Below the pieces are notes generated by a model. That model worked only from the letters and a program-made list of their open reading frames with translations, was not told the DNA's origin and searched no databases. A stretch of 64,000 nt of DNA. It comes from Patescibacteria group bacterium (GTDB lineage Bacteria > Patescibacteriota > Minisyncoccia > 2-02-FULL-40-12 > IGHO2-01-FULL-4-A). Both the position numbers and the translations under genes were made by a program. Shown here one piece after another: positions 27,998 through 37,173 of this stretch; the stretch's first letter is position 1, and every line of letters begins with the position of its first letter. The stretch is taken from assembly GCA_038064915.1 (NCBI GenBank), contig JBBTSB010000004.1, positions 24,874 through 88,873 of the forward strand, given 5' to 3'.

Positions 27998-29314
27998 ATG
28001 TTGATTCCCTGGCTTGCTATCTTCGATATTGGCACGATTCGGGCAAACTTCAAAAAGCCGATCGATGTCGCTAAACTCACAACTAAAAGTGAAAATTTTG
28101 CGTTGCTCGTACCCATTTTTAACGACATCAAGTTTCTCCACAATGTAGAATTTCTCAAAGATTACGCCGAACATGTCGTCCTGTGTACGACCACGCAGGA
28201 AACGCCGGAGTTTCTAAGCAAGCTTACCAACCTTGCCAACGAGCACAAGTTTCGCATTAGCTACTCTACGATCGCTCCCGGAAAAAAGAATCCGTGGGCC
28301 ATTTACAACAAAACCCTTCTCGCCCACGAAACAGTACTCAAAGAAAGTGTCGCAGGCATGCGTGAAAAATTTGTGATTTTCATTGACGCGGACACGGTTG
28401 TAGATGGGGATTTGCGTTTACTTGCTGGTGCCATGGAAGATCATAATTTTGATCTGGCATCCGTCAAAGTCTTGCCGATGCATCGAACAAGAATCATCCA
28501 AAAACTCCAAGGCGTGGAGTATGACATCGCGATGCAAGCGCGCCTCATTTATCCGTGGCTTACCAGTGGGGCAGGTATGATCGCCAAGCGGGAGATGATG
28601 GAAAAGATCATGAAAAATCATTCGCTGTTTTTTAACGGTGGCGATATCGAAATCGGCAAGCTCGCGGATCTCCTGGGCTACCACGTGGGCCACATTCCAA
28701 TGAAGTTCTATACGGAAATTCCAGCTACCACCATGGCGTGGATCCGTCAGCGCTTCTCCTGGATGTCCGGATGTTTTCGCCACGCGATCATCAACTTTCA
28801 TCACAATCTACGTCACCCGTTTCACTTTATCTACTTCTCGTTCATGATCTATTTTCTGTTCCCGCTCAAAGTCTATCAGATGGCGCAGCACTGGATGATC
28901 CTTCCCTATATCCTAGCGCTTTACACGTTGCTTACGATTGTCGCCAACTGGAAAGTCCGTAGCCGTTGGATGCTCGTATTTCCCATTTACGCGCTTTTTC
29001 AGGTGCTCGTGCTGATTTGGTTTGGTGTCTTTCGCTATGTTGTCACGGTGTATAAAACGGGAAACTTTGGGCGTATCAAAATCCATCACGCCCATCATGC
29101 AAAAGCCCCGAAGCGATTTGCCTCCTTCAAGGCCGTTCTGAATCACTCGACCATTTTTGCCGTGATCGCGCTGATTATTTTCTCTACGAGCTTCTCCCTC
29201 CAAAAACGCGTATTTGGTAGAACCTTTGAAACCGAGCTGATTATTATTTCTGCAAAAAATGCTACGTATAACGCTGTTGCACAACTCTTTCCTATCCGCG
29301 TAGCGAAGAATTAA
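27998..29314 (+). CDS. Processive GT2 glycosyltransferase (hyaluronan/cellulose synthase-like)
   Basis: DAD, TSGAG, GGD, RQRFSW (QxxRW-like), C-terminal TMs. Confidence 0.8.
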   Translation: MLIPWLAIFDIGTIRANFKKPIDVAKLTTKSENFALLVPIFNDIKFLHNVEFLKDYAEHVVLCTTTQETPEFLSKLTNLANEHKFRISYSTIAPGKKNPWAIYNKTLLAHETVLKESVAGMREKFVIFIDADTVVDGDLRLLAGAMEDHNFDLASVKVLPMHRTRIIQKLQGVEYDIAMQARLIYPWLTSGAGMIAKREMMEKIMKNHSLFFNGGDIEIGKLADLLGYHVGHIPMKFYTEIPATTMAWIRQRFSWMSGCFRHAIINFHHNLRHPFHFIYFSFMIYFLFPLKVYQMAQHWMILPYILALYTLLTIVANWKVRSRWMLVFPIYALFQVLVLIWFGVFRYVVTVYKTGNFGRIKIHHAHHAKAPKRFASFKAVLNHSTIFAVIALIIFSTSFSLQKRVFGRTFETELIIISAKNATYNAVAQLFPIRVAKN

Positions 29315-29425
29315 AAAGTATGTCGAACTTGTGTCATGTCGCCGACGCTTCGCTCTTCTGAAAGAGGTGGTCACTCCGGTCACCTCTTTCAAACCTTATT
29401 AACAACATTAACGTCTAAACTATAT

Positions 29426-29611
29426 ATGGAAGATCCAATAATCATACAACAACCGTCAGGTGGTTCCGGATGGGGAGCAGGGTTTGGAATGGTTATCGCG
29501 GTGATTATTTTGGTCGCCGCCGCTATCTATCTTGTTCCCCGTATTCGCAGTCAGGACAAAGAACGAGATGTAGATATAAAGGTCAATCTCCCCACGGGCG
29601 AGCAACAATAA
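29426..29611 (+). CDS. Small single-TM protein
   Basis: MEDPIIIQQPSGGSGWGAGFG-TM-...DIKVNLP; upstream hairpin at about 29360-29392. Confidence 0.7.
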   Translation: MEDPIIIQQPSGGSGWGAGFGMVIAVIILVAAAIYLVPRIRSQDKERDVDIKVNLPTGEQQ

Positions 29612-29820
29612 ATCCGGGGTATTAAAAAGCGCACAGTTGCCTGGCGCTCTTTCCCCGCAGCCCAATTGCTGCGGGGTTGCGTCGTGCTGGCGTGGTGGAA
29701 TCTTGAAAGCCATACAGAAGCGTCGACGGCTCGTCATAACATAAACTCCTATTGGGGGGATCCCGGTCCCCGTGCCGTACTCCGCTTCCATGGTATGCTT
29801 TTTTGCGGTATAGTCAATCA

Positions 29821-30486
29821 ATGCTTGAGTTTTTAAAGTTCTATAATCGTCCTCAAACCTACAAGGCGGAGATTCGCGTTGAGGTAGAAAATAGGAGCAA
29901 TAAAAAAGCAAAAGGACATCTTGTGGTGCCGTTGCCGCGGACGACGGAATATCAGACAACAACACCGGAGTTTCGCGAGCCGACGATGGCATTTGATCTT
30001 GAACTGGAAGCAGGAGAAAAAAAATCCGTGTCGGTTGTTTTCAAGGCCCACGTGATGCCACGCAAATACAATGGCAAGATTGCACCAGAAATTGTCCAGG
30101 CAAATGAATTTGTGATAAGCTACCTGACCTACGGCAATGCTATAGATGGGTTGTACACCGCGCAAGAGGCGCGAGAGAAGCGGGTCGTGGACTGTGGCGG
30201 ATTTGATACGCTCTTGCAAGATGAGCTCAAGAAGAAGGGCATTGCGAGCAATGTAGTGGCCGGATTTTGGAGCGATGGGAAAATGCATGCTTGGCTAGAG
30301 ATTGAAGGAAATATTTCCGCGGATCCGTCTATGGAATGGCTTCGTGCACGAAGAAAAACCAAAAAATCGGGAAAACTTGGTTTTGTCGGCAGTGACCGGA
30401 TAGTTTTTTCGATGGGAGAGCCCTTCTTACAAAAACCAATCACTGATTTACCACATGAAAACCATCTTTACATCACTCGCGCCTAA
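29821..30486 (+). CDS. Transglutaminase-like domain protein
   Basis: DCGGF (Cys), HAWLE (His), ADPS (Asp) triad; leaderless start at 29821. Confidence 0.8.
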   Translation: MLEFLKFYNRPQTYKAEIRVEVENRSNKKAKGHLVVPLPRTTEYQTTTPEFREPTMAFDLELEAGEKKSVSVVFKAHVMPRKYNGKIAPEIVQANEFVISYLTYGNAIDGLYTAQEAREKRVVDCGGFDTLLQDELKKKGIASNVVAGFWSDGKMHAWLEIEGNISADPSMEWLRARRKTKKSGKLGFVGSDRIVFSMGEPFLQKPITDLPHENHLYITRA

Positions 30487-31615
30487 CGTCGAAAAAGACG
30501 ATGCTCAACTTGCGTTTCGGCTTTTGTTTTCGCCGTGGCAATGGAAGCGTGGTCCATATATACAAAAATTTTATGAAACGCTGAAAAACTATCTCGGTCG
30601 CGAATATGCGTTCGTGTTTGAAAGCGGCCGTACGGCACTCTATGCAATTCTCAAGTGTTTGGATCTGAAAACAGATGACGAAGTTCTTTTACAGGCTTTT
30701 ACATGCGTTGCCGTGCCCAATGCGGTACTTTGGGCAGGAGCAAAGCCGGTGTATGTGGATTGCAACGATAGCTATACGATGTCAGTTGAAGATCTGAAGC
30801 GAAAAATTACCCCGCGGAGCAAAGTACTTATCATCCAACATACGTTTGGAATTGAATCGGATATGCCCGAACTCATGGCTGTCGCGCGAGAGCACAAGCT
30901 TTTTGTCATTGAAGATTCAGCACATGCACTTGGGTTGGTCAAGCCTCAAGCTGATGCGGCGTTTTTTAGTTTTGGACGCGACAAGATTATATCTTCTACG
31001 TTTGGTGGCGCGGTGGCGACGAATGATCCGGTTTTGGGAGAGCACCTTCGCGCGATCAAGCTCGGTATGCTGTATCCTTCGGGAAGATGGATTTTACAGC
31101 AGTTATTTTACCCCATCATCATGTACATCGTACGAAAAACATACGATTATGGAATCGGGAAAGTATTACTCTCCCTTGTACGATCATTTCGATTGATTTC
31201 CAAGCCGGTGTATCCGGAAGAAAAACTTGCAAAAAAGCCCGCGTGGCAACCACGCCGATTGCCCAATGCCATAGCACTACTCGCTTTGCAACAGTTTGTG
31301 AAACTTGAGAGATTTAATACGCACCGCAAACGTATTGCTTCGATGTATCAAAAACATTTTTCCGGTTCAGGAATTTTGCGATTTGCGCTTCATGCAAACG
31401 TTCCTCGGCAAAAAGGAATATTCCTGGGAGATTGGTACACGACCGCAATAGCGCCTGCTGGAGTGAGCTATGATGCCATCGGCTACGATCCTTCAACCTG
31501 TCCAAATGCCGAGCGGCTTACTAGGGACATCATCAACCTTCCTACCGATATTCATATTACCGAACAAGATGCACAGCGGATCATTTCTACAATCAAAAGC
31601 CTGGGAGCAAACTAA
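30455..31615 (+). CDS. DegT/DnrJ/EryC1/StrS PLP-dependent aminotransferase
   Basis: SGRTAL, QAFTCVAV, QHTFG, IEDSAH, FSFGRDK. Confidence 0.9.
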   Translation: MKTIFTSLAPNVEKDDAQLAFRLLFSPWQWKRGPYIQKFYETLKNYLGREYAFVFESGRTALYAILKCLDLKTDDEVLLQAFTCVAVPNAVLWAGAKPVYVDCNDSYTMSVEDLKRKITPRSKVLIIQHTFGIESDMPELMAVAREHKLFVIEDSAHALGLVKPQADAAFFSFGRDKIISSTFGGAVATNDPVLGEHLRAIKLGMLYPSGRWILQQLFYPIIMYIVRKTYDYGIGKVLLSLVRSFRLISKPVYPEEKLAKKPAWQPRRLPNAIALLALQQFVKLERFNTHRKRIASMYQKHFSGSGILRFALHANVPRQKGIFLGDWYTTAIAPAGVSYDAIGYDPSTCPNAERLTRDIINLPTDIHITEQDAQRIISTIKSLGAN

Positions 31616-32420
31616 CCAAGCGCTCGGCCATCAGACATTCCGGGTCGGTGGTGTGCTTTGTATAAAAACGATTGCCCGTCGCGGGACGTTTTTACTTGTT
31701 CCCCATACACGGACGATCAATCAGGAAATCATCGAACTCGGGCGGAACGAGCACTGCGATTTTATCCGCGTTTGTCCGTTGACTCTCGATTCTCCGGAGG
31801 CACGTTTAAACTTTAAACTCTTAAACTTTAAACGTGCTCCTATTCACGTCCATCCGGAACACGCATGGATTGTGGAACTCAAGGATGATGAGACATTGTT
31901 TGCAGGTATGCGCAAAACCACACGCTACTCTATAAAAAAAGCACAAAAGGACGGAATAGTTGCCCACATCAGTACGGACCTTGAAGCATTTTGGAAGCTG
32001 TATATACTAACTGCTCAACGACAGCAGTTTGTGCCATTTTCGCGAAAGTTACTGGAAGCGGAATTCCAAGCTTTTGGAGACGATGCATTCATCGTCATGA
32101 CTGACCACGCCTCTGCATTTGTCGTGACAACGGAAGATGAAGCCTTCTATCATCATGGTGCATCAACCCATCACCCAACGGCTTCGTATCTAGTGCAATG
32201 GACGGCGATGCAGGAGGCACGGCGCCGCGGAAAGAAATTTTACAATTTCTGGGGGGTGTGGGACGATCCCCATTCACCGCAGTATGGATTGTCTCAATTC
32301 AAACGAGGCTTTGGAGGGTTTCAAGAATCATACGTGCCGACGCAAGATTTTATTTTGACAAAAAAATACTGGCTTAATTACATCATTGAAAAAATTCGCA
32401 AGCTACAAAGAGGATTTTGA
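31569..32420 (+). CDS. Second FemABX-family peptidyltransferase
   Basis: SFLQSKAW, MRKTTRYSIK, YHHGAS, YNFWGV, GLSQFKRGFGG. Confidence 0.88.
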   Translation: MHSGSFLQSKAWEQTNQALGHQTFRVGGVLCIKTIARRGTFLLVPHTRTINQEIIELGRNEHCDFIRVCPLTLDSPEARLNFKLLNFKRAPIHVHPEHAWIVELKDDETLFAGMRKTTRYSIKKAQKDGIVAHISTDLEAFWKLYILTAQRQQFVPFSRKLLEAEFQAFGDDAFIVMTDHASAFVVTTEDEAFYHHGASTHHPTASYLVQWTAMQEARRRGKKFYNFWGVWDDPHSPQYGLSQFKRGFGGFQESYVPTQDFILTKKYWLNYIIEKIRKLQRGF

Positions 32421-33198
32421 GGAGCAAAAACGCCGCAAGTTTATTTCGCGTGCGAACCGTTTTATTATTTCTGCTCTCATCACTTCTGCGATCGCAGTTG
32501 TTCTTTTGTTTTTAGCGAATCTTTTTGATGTTCGGGTATTGACGATTCAGTCGCCGTCGTTGATTCCTGCCGAAGACGTGGAAGCAAAAGCGTGGGAAGT
32601 GCTCAATGACCGTCGTTTTGGCATAGCTCGCAAGAAGAATATTCTCCTTTTTTCCCCGCAAAAAATCGGTCCCGCGCTGCAAAAAGAATTTCCGCGTATT
32701 GATGCAGTCGATATCCGTCGCACCTCACTACACGAACTTTCCATTGTTGTTTACGAGCGGGTATCTGTGGGTTTGTGGTGTATTATGATCATGCAACAGT
32801 GCTACTACTATGACGCGTCGGGAACCGCATATGCCAACATCGTGCCATCCTCCGGATATCTTTTTGTTGCGGTTAATGATTATCGGGATCGCAACATATC
32901 ACTTGGTGAGTCAGTCGCCCCTGAAGACTGGCGTTTGCATATCTCTGAAGTCAAAAAAATTCTTCAGTTTGGAGGAATACCTATCACCTCAATTGAAATA
33001 CCCGGAGATTCTCATGATGAGTTTATTATCATTACCCGTGAAGGATGGAAGATTTTTTATGTTAACGATGGCTCGATTCGCACGCAGACCAACAGTCTCT
33101 TGGTGTTTTTGCGCGAAAAACTTGCCCCTTCAGCACGTGCAAATCTGGAATATGTTGATCTTAGAATCGAGGACCGGATATATTATAAACAAAAATAG
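32386..33198 (+). CDS. FtsQ/DivIB-like cell division protein
   Basis: N-terminal TM, POTRA-like segment, YER, C-terminal LEYVDLRIEDRIYYK. Confidence 0.75.
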   Translation: MKKFASYKEDFEEQKRRKFISRANRFIISALITSAIAVVLLFLANLFDVRVLTIQSPSLIPAEDVEAKAWEVLNDRRFGIARKKNILLFSPQKIGPALQKEFPRIDAVDIRRTSLHELSIVVYERVSVGLWCIMIMQQCYYYDASGTAYANIVPSSGYLFVAVNDYRDRNISLGESVAPEDWRLHISEVKKILQFGGIPITSIEIPGDSHDEFIIITREGWKIFYVNDGSIRTQTNSLLVFLREKLAPSARANLEYVDLRIEDRIYYKQK

Positions 33199-34855
33199 AG
33201 TTACCGATGGTAGTGACGGGCTGATAGTCGGCAAGCCAGGAGTATTTTTTGTATTTTTCGTTTTGCAGGAAGGTCGCTGATATTGCGAGCCAGCCATCGG
33301 TTTGGCTCTTTTGCAAAAAATCTCGCTCATTTTTATATTTATCCGATGTAAGCCACACGAAGGAATCACCCAAGTAGTACTGCTGGTCCGCCCAGCCGAA
33401 GTAATCAAGCTCGATCTTTTTGATATCGTTTTTCTCAACCCAATCAGCGAAACGCTTCAGGTCTTGTCCCCAATCCAGGTTTGAATCGACGACATACCGA
33501 TAGCCACCACTCGGACCACCGACGGTTTGGTTAAAATATGTTAAGTAATATGGGAAAATTCGAAAGTTTTCCAAAAGAAACCATGCGATCAATACCGGCA
33601 CCGCAAAAAATACTTTCCTAGGCAAACGAACAAGTTGCCCGGAAACCAGAATGATCATGAACGGATATACGGGCAGGAGATGCCTCACGCCGATATTCAA
33701 GGTGCTATGGATGCTCGTGGCCCAATAGATCACGAGCCATAAAATCATCGCGATTTCGTCGATGTGATCTTTAAACTTGAAACGTGAAACTTTAAACCTT
33801 GCTATCGCGATTGTGATAGCGGTCAATAACAGCGCGAGCCAGGAAAGCGGTTCTTTGATCAGATAAACGAACGGAAAATAGATCGGTCCCGCGCTCGTGG
33901 TAACGGTATCTCGAAAGTAGACCGTATTTCCGCCGGCGGATCGTTGTGTTACCATAAGCAACCCCAAACCATACTGCGCAGGAGCCCGCAGGATCGGTTT
34001 TCCGGATGCCCACACAACCGGATCAGCAAGTAGTCGATTTCCAAATGTTTGGAGCAACGTTTCGGTGTCGTGATGTTGGCGGTCAATTGGATAGTGCCAA
34101 ACGTGAAATGCATACACAGGCCATACGACAACAACAAACCCAACGATCATCAACAAGGCTGTCTTGGTGATCATTCGCCAATTCCAAGTGCAAGCGACAA
34201 TCACGAAAAGAGGAATAAGAAGAACAGTCGAAAATTTCATGAGCAAAGCCAGTCCAAACATAACAGCTGCATACCAAAAATATTTTCGTGTTGGTTCTTT
34301 TAAGTAACGTACAAACCAATAAGTTGCAATGAGTACGCCAAGCGCCGCAGGAATATCGGTAGTCACAAAGCGGCTATGCGCCATGACGGTCGGTGAAAAT
34401 GAAAAGAGCGTGACCGCCAAAAGGCCAGCCTTGTCTCCATAGCGTTGTCGCGTCCACCAAAACACCATCCATCCAGCAATAATAAAGATGATAAGCGGAG
34501 GAATTTTTGCTACATGAGTAATGAGCTCAGCATTGTTGCCGGTATGGTAAATCAGTTTCCGACCAAACTCCCACTGGTCGTTGATGTTGGTGGTCCAGGA
34601 ATTTGTTGCAAATGCGTCGTGATTGAGTTCAAGAGGTAGGAGCGCAATACCGGCAAGATCTTTTGCCAACGGCGGATGCTCGGGATTGAGCCGCATATCC
34701 TGCTTTGCAACATACGAATATCCTGCACCAATGTGAGGATCCTCATCAACGATAATTGAATCATTCCAAGCGCTGGCATAAGCAACGACAGCGGCGATTG
34801 CGATAATGATTACTGCACTAGCGCGTGACAATCGAAATGAGAGTTTCATATTCAT
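33161..34855 (-). CDS. GT39/ArnT-like membrane glycosyltransferase
   Basis: DE..H, NPEHPPL, TTD, NIGVRHLLP, DSNLDWGQDL. Confidence 0.85.
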   Translation of the reverse strand: MNMKLSFRLSRASAVIIIAIAAVVAYASAWNDSIIVDEDPHIGAGYSYVAKQDMRLNPEHPPLAKDLAGIALLPLELNHDAFATNSWTTNINDQWEFGRKLIYHTGNNAELITHVAKIPPLIIFIIAGWMVFWWTRQRYGDKAGLLAVTLFSFSPTVMAHSRFVTTDIPAALGVLIATYWFVRYLKEPTRKYFWYAAVMFGLALLMKFSTVLLIPLFVIVACTWNWRMITKTALLMIVGFVVVVWPVYAFHVWHYPIDRQHHDTETLLQTFGNRLLADPVVWASGKPILRAPAQYGLGLLMVTQRSAGGNTVYFRDTVTTSAGPIYFPFVYLIKEPLSWLALLLTAITIAIARFKVSRFKFKDHIDEIAMILWLVIYWATSIHSTLNIGVRHLLPVYPFMIILVSGQLVRLPRKVFFAVPVLIAWFLLENFRIFPYYLTYFNQTVGGPSGGYRYVVDSNLDWGQDLKRFADWVEKNDIKKIELDYFGWADQQYYLGDSFVWLTSDKYKNERDFLQKSQTDGWLAISATFLQNEKYKKYSWLADYQPVTTIGNSIFVYNISGPRF

Positions 34856-35753
34856 TCAACATAATACCCAGAAGTAGTAGGAATAACGCTAGTGTTGCGA
34901 TTGCATGGCTTTCCTGTACGCGATGTTCATGCAGTACAACCTCATGCACGTCATATATTTGATACCATTTCCGACTGAAATCATATATCCACCACAATCC
35001 TTCCCCGGCGAAAATCATCAAGACGGGCAATAGGAGAACACTTTGACAACTTGCCACAAGCCACGATAGCAGAAGTACTTGCACGGTGGGAAAGTGTCCG
35101 TGAATTTTCCGACGTCGCCAGAGTTTTATGATGTTTCTCAACAAGCCAATAGCGCTCAATAGAGCAACGGGCCAAAAAAGCATGGGATACCCTACTACCC
35201 AGTTCATGCTGCCAAATCCATTCACCAGGTAGTGCCAGATGACGGGTGTAGCGACAATAATGCCCGTCACCATAAGCAGTGCAAACCCACTCATGAGATG
35301 ATTACGCGACGCAAGGTATTTATCATGCGAAAAATCACGCTTGATCGAGTGCCAGTAGGCCGCAACAACAACGATCAGGACCAAAGGTACGAAAACAAAA
35401 GATGTTGATGAGTAAAAGCCGAGGCCGAGCAAGCCTCCTGAAAGCGCAAAGTCAGAGAGTCGAGCGGACGTTTTTCCTTTCCAGAAAAAATACAAGCCCC
35501 ACACCAAAAAAAACGGTGCTGGAGAAATATCCCATGAAGAAACAGCCAGGAAGAAACTTGCGAGACCAGCAATTTCCCAATTAAAAAGTTTCTTGGTCAG
35601 TAGGTACGTTCCGGCAACCGTAAGCACACTTAACAGAGCGTAGGGAATAAAGACGTGATCAAGGCCTCGGAACCGAAACACAATGGCGACTACCAAAACA
35701 ATCACCACCACCCACCATTCGTGATTTCTGTGTTTCGTAGGATATATTGGCAT
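34818..35753 (-). CDS. Reduced GT39/ArnT-like membrane protein
   Basis: YLLTKKLF, FLAVSSW, GLGFYS; TATAAT-7 nt-ATG at 35753. Confidence 0.65.
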   Translation of the reverse strand: MPIYPTKHRNHEWWVVVIVLVVAIVFRFRGLDHVFIPYALLSVLTVAGTYLLTKKLFNWEIAGLASFFLAVSSWDISPAPFFLVWGLYFFWKGKTSARLSDFALSGGLLGLGFYSSTSFVFVPLVLIVVVAAYWHSIKRDFSHDKYLASRNHLMSGFALLMVTGIIVATPVIWHYLVNGFGSMNWVVGYPMLFWPVALLSAIGLLRNIIKLWRRRKIHGHFPTVQVLLLSWLVASCQSVLLLPVLMIFAGEGLWWIYDFSRKWYQIYDVHEVVLHEHRVQESHAIATLALFLLLLGIMLNEYETLISIVTR

Positions 35754-35769
35754 TGAAATCATTATACTC

Positions 35770-35799
35770 TTGCATTGTGCACTTTAGTATGCTAAAGTT
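35770..35799 (+). promoter_or_regulatory. Promoter with a HisR/YerC-type palindromic operator
   Basis: TTGCAT-17-TAAAGT; palindrome CACTTTAG-TATG-CTAAAGTT at 35780-35799 covers the -10 box. Confidence 0.75.
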
Positions 35800-35805
35800 G
35801 TGGAT

Positions 35806-36102
35806 ATGCAATGGAACACCAAGCAAACAAATGAGCTTTTCATGGCTATTTTACAGCTCAAAACGACCGACGAGGCTCGACGCTTTTTCCGTGATTTGCT
35901 TACGGAAGACGAGCTTATAGAATTCGGTAACCGTTGGCTTGCCGCACGGCTCCTTGCCAAAGGCGTTTCCTATACAAAAATCCAAGACCGCACCCGTCTT
36001 TCCAGCACCACCATCGCCCGCGTCTCCAAATGGCTGAACAAAGGTATGGATGGGTACAAATTGATGATCGCCCGCCTCTCTCATCACACCAAACCCTTGT
36101 AG
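35806..36102 (+). CDS. TrpR-family repressor, YerC/YecD (HisR-like)
   Basis: FFRDLLT..E....NRW..ARLL..G.SY..I...T.LSSTTIARVSKWL..G..GY; leaderless ATG 35806 (GTG 35800 is an alternative). Confidence 0.9.
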   Translation: MQWNTKQTNELFMAILQLKTTDEARRFFRDLLTEDELIEFGNRWLAARLLAKGVSYTKIQDRTRLSSTTIARVSKWLNKGMDGYKLMIARLSHHTKPL

Positions 36103-36160
36103 GAAGGGATTGTTTGCTTTCTCACGCGTTCAATCTCTTCCTGGAAGGGATTTTTTACTT
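36082..36160 (+). promoter_or_regulatory. Putative His-codon-controlled transcription attenuator
   Basis: CAT-CAC at 36082-36087; antiterminator 36101-36112/36131-36142; terminator 36132-36152 plus T-run. Confidence 0.65.
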
Positions 36161-36181
36161 TCAGGAAGGAGAGGAGAATTC

Positions 36182-36340
36182 ATGGAGTTCGAGATCGTCA
36201 ATGAGTTCATCCGCAAGGTTCAACAGCTTATCCTGGACCGAGAAGCAGGTCTCGAGACGCGCGATGCGGTACTTGATGCACTCGAAGAGCTTCTTGAAGA
36301 CGCCAAGCGTTCTCTCCATAAGCTACGCGTTGCTGAATAG
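36182..36340 (+). CDS. Orphan 52-aa helical protein
   Basis: SD AGGAGAGGAG; MEFEIVNEFIRKVQQLILDREAGLETRDAVLDALEELLEDAKRSLHKLRVAE. Confidence 0.7.
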   Translation: MEFEIVNEFIRKVQQLILDREAGLETRDAVLDALEELLEDAKRSLHKLRVAE

Positions 36341-36422
36341 TACAACAGGGGTTGGCAGATATCCCAAAAACTGCCTTTTCAAGAATTGACATCCAGGAGG
36401 TAGACGATATAATTGAGAAATC

Positions 36423-36698
36423 ATGGCAAAGCAAACAATTCTAACAAAAGAGGATTTTGAAAGCATTTTGGATAAAAAGCTCAAGAGTCACACAAAGGAT
36501 ATTAAAGTTCATGTGACTAAAGAAATCAAAAGAGAGGTTGGTGATCTAGCCGCAATGACTGCGCGTGGATTTCGATCTGTTGATGAGCGTTTTGACCAAG
36601 TTGACCGAAAGATTGATAAATTGACGACTATATCCGAAAATCACGAGAAACGCATCAAACGCGTGGAAAAGGCGGTTGGCATTCCTGAAATTGTATGA
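36423..36698 (+). CDS. Small coiled-coil protein
   Basis: TTGACA(36386)-16-TATAAT(36408) promoter; DLAAMTARGF..VDERFDQVD...HEKRIKRVE. Confidence 0.8.
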   Translation: MAKQTILTKEDFESILDKKLKSHTKDIKVHVTKEIKREVGDLAAMTARGFRSVDERFDQVDRKIDKLTTISENHEKRIKRVEKAVGIPEIV

Positions 36699-36979
36699 AA
36701 AACAAAGTGAGTAAAGAACTCCAGGAGACGGCAAATCAAGTACAGCAAGAAATCGCGGATAGATTTGTTAAGATTTTTGCACAAAAAATCGAGGAAATGG
36801 TTGAGGAATTTAGCGGGCATTTGGACAAGCACATGGATGAGCTCGAGGATTTAATTGAAGAAGGTTTTATGAGCCTCCATGAGCATTTGCAAACTTCCGA
36901 GCGTGTGAAGCAAATCGAGAAGCGGCTGAAGAAACTCGAAAAGCTTGACGAAAAAATCGAAAAGCGCTATATTACCTAA
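36695..36979 (+). CDS. Small coiled-coil protein
   Basis: ATGA-coupled to the previous gene; Glu/Lys-rich heptads. Confidence 0.75.
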   Translation: MKNKVSKELQETANQVQQEIADRFVKIFAQKIEEMVEEFSGHLDKHMDELEDLIEEGFMSLHEHLQTSERVKQIEKRLKKLEKLDEKIEKRYIT

Positions 36980-36982
36980 AGC

Positions 36983-37039
36983 ATGATTTTCAACACACGC
37001 AAAACTGGATTCTGGAGCTGGACTTCACGTAACCCGTAA
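36983..37039 (+). CDS. Trp attenuator leader peptide (TrpL-like) MIFNTRKTGFWSWTSRNP
   Basis: Promoter TTGACG(36945)-17-TATATT(36968); TGG codons at 37013 and 37019. Confidence 0.8.
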   Translation: MIFNTRKTGFWSWTSRNP

Positions 37040-37096
37040 AGTCCGAATTTAATTTGAAAATACGACTCCCTTCGGACTTTCCGGAGGGAGTTTTTT
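37020..37096 (+). promoter_or_regulatory. Trp transcription attenuator (pause, antiterminator, terminator)
   Basis: 1:2 37020-37044; 2:3 AAAGTCCGAA(37038-37047)/TTCGGACTTT(37071-37080); 3:4 12-bp stem 37065-37091 plus T-run. Confidence 0.8.
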
Positions 37097-37173
37097 GTTG
37101 GCCAGATTGATCAGAACTATTGATACATCAAGCCAGCACGGAGCCCCCGATGCTGGAGAAGGAGAGATAAACT

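Noticed and set aside
35806-37096. Repressor interpreted as a true TrpR acting with the Trp attenuator
   Set aside because: The sequence is YerC/YecD-like, the operator is of the ACTTTA/TAAAGT type rather than an ACTAGT trp box, and no such box is seen at the Trp leader promoter.
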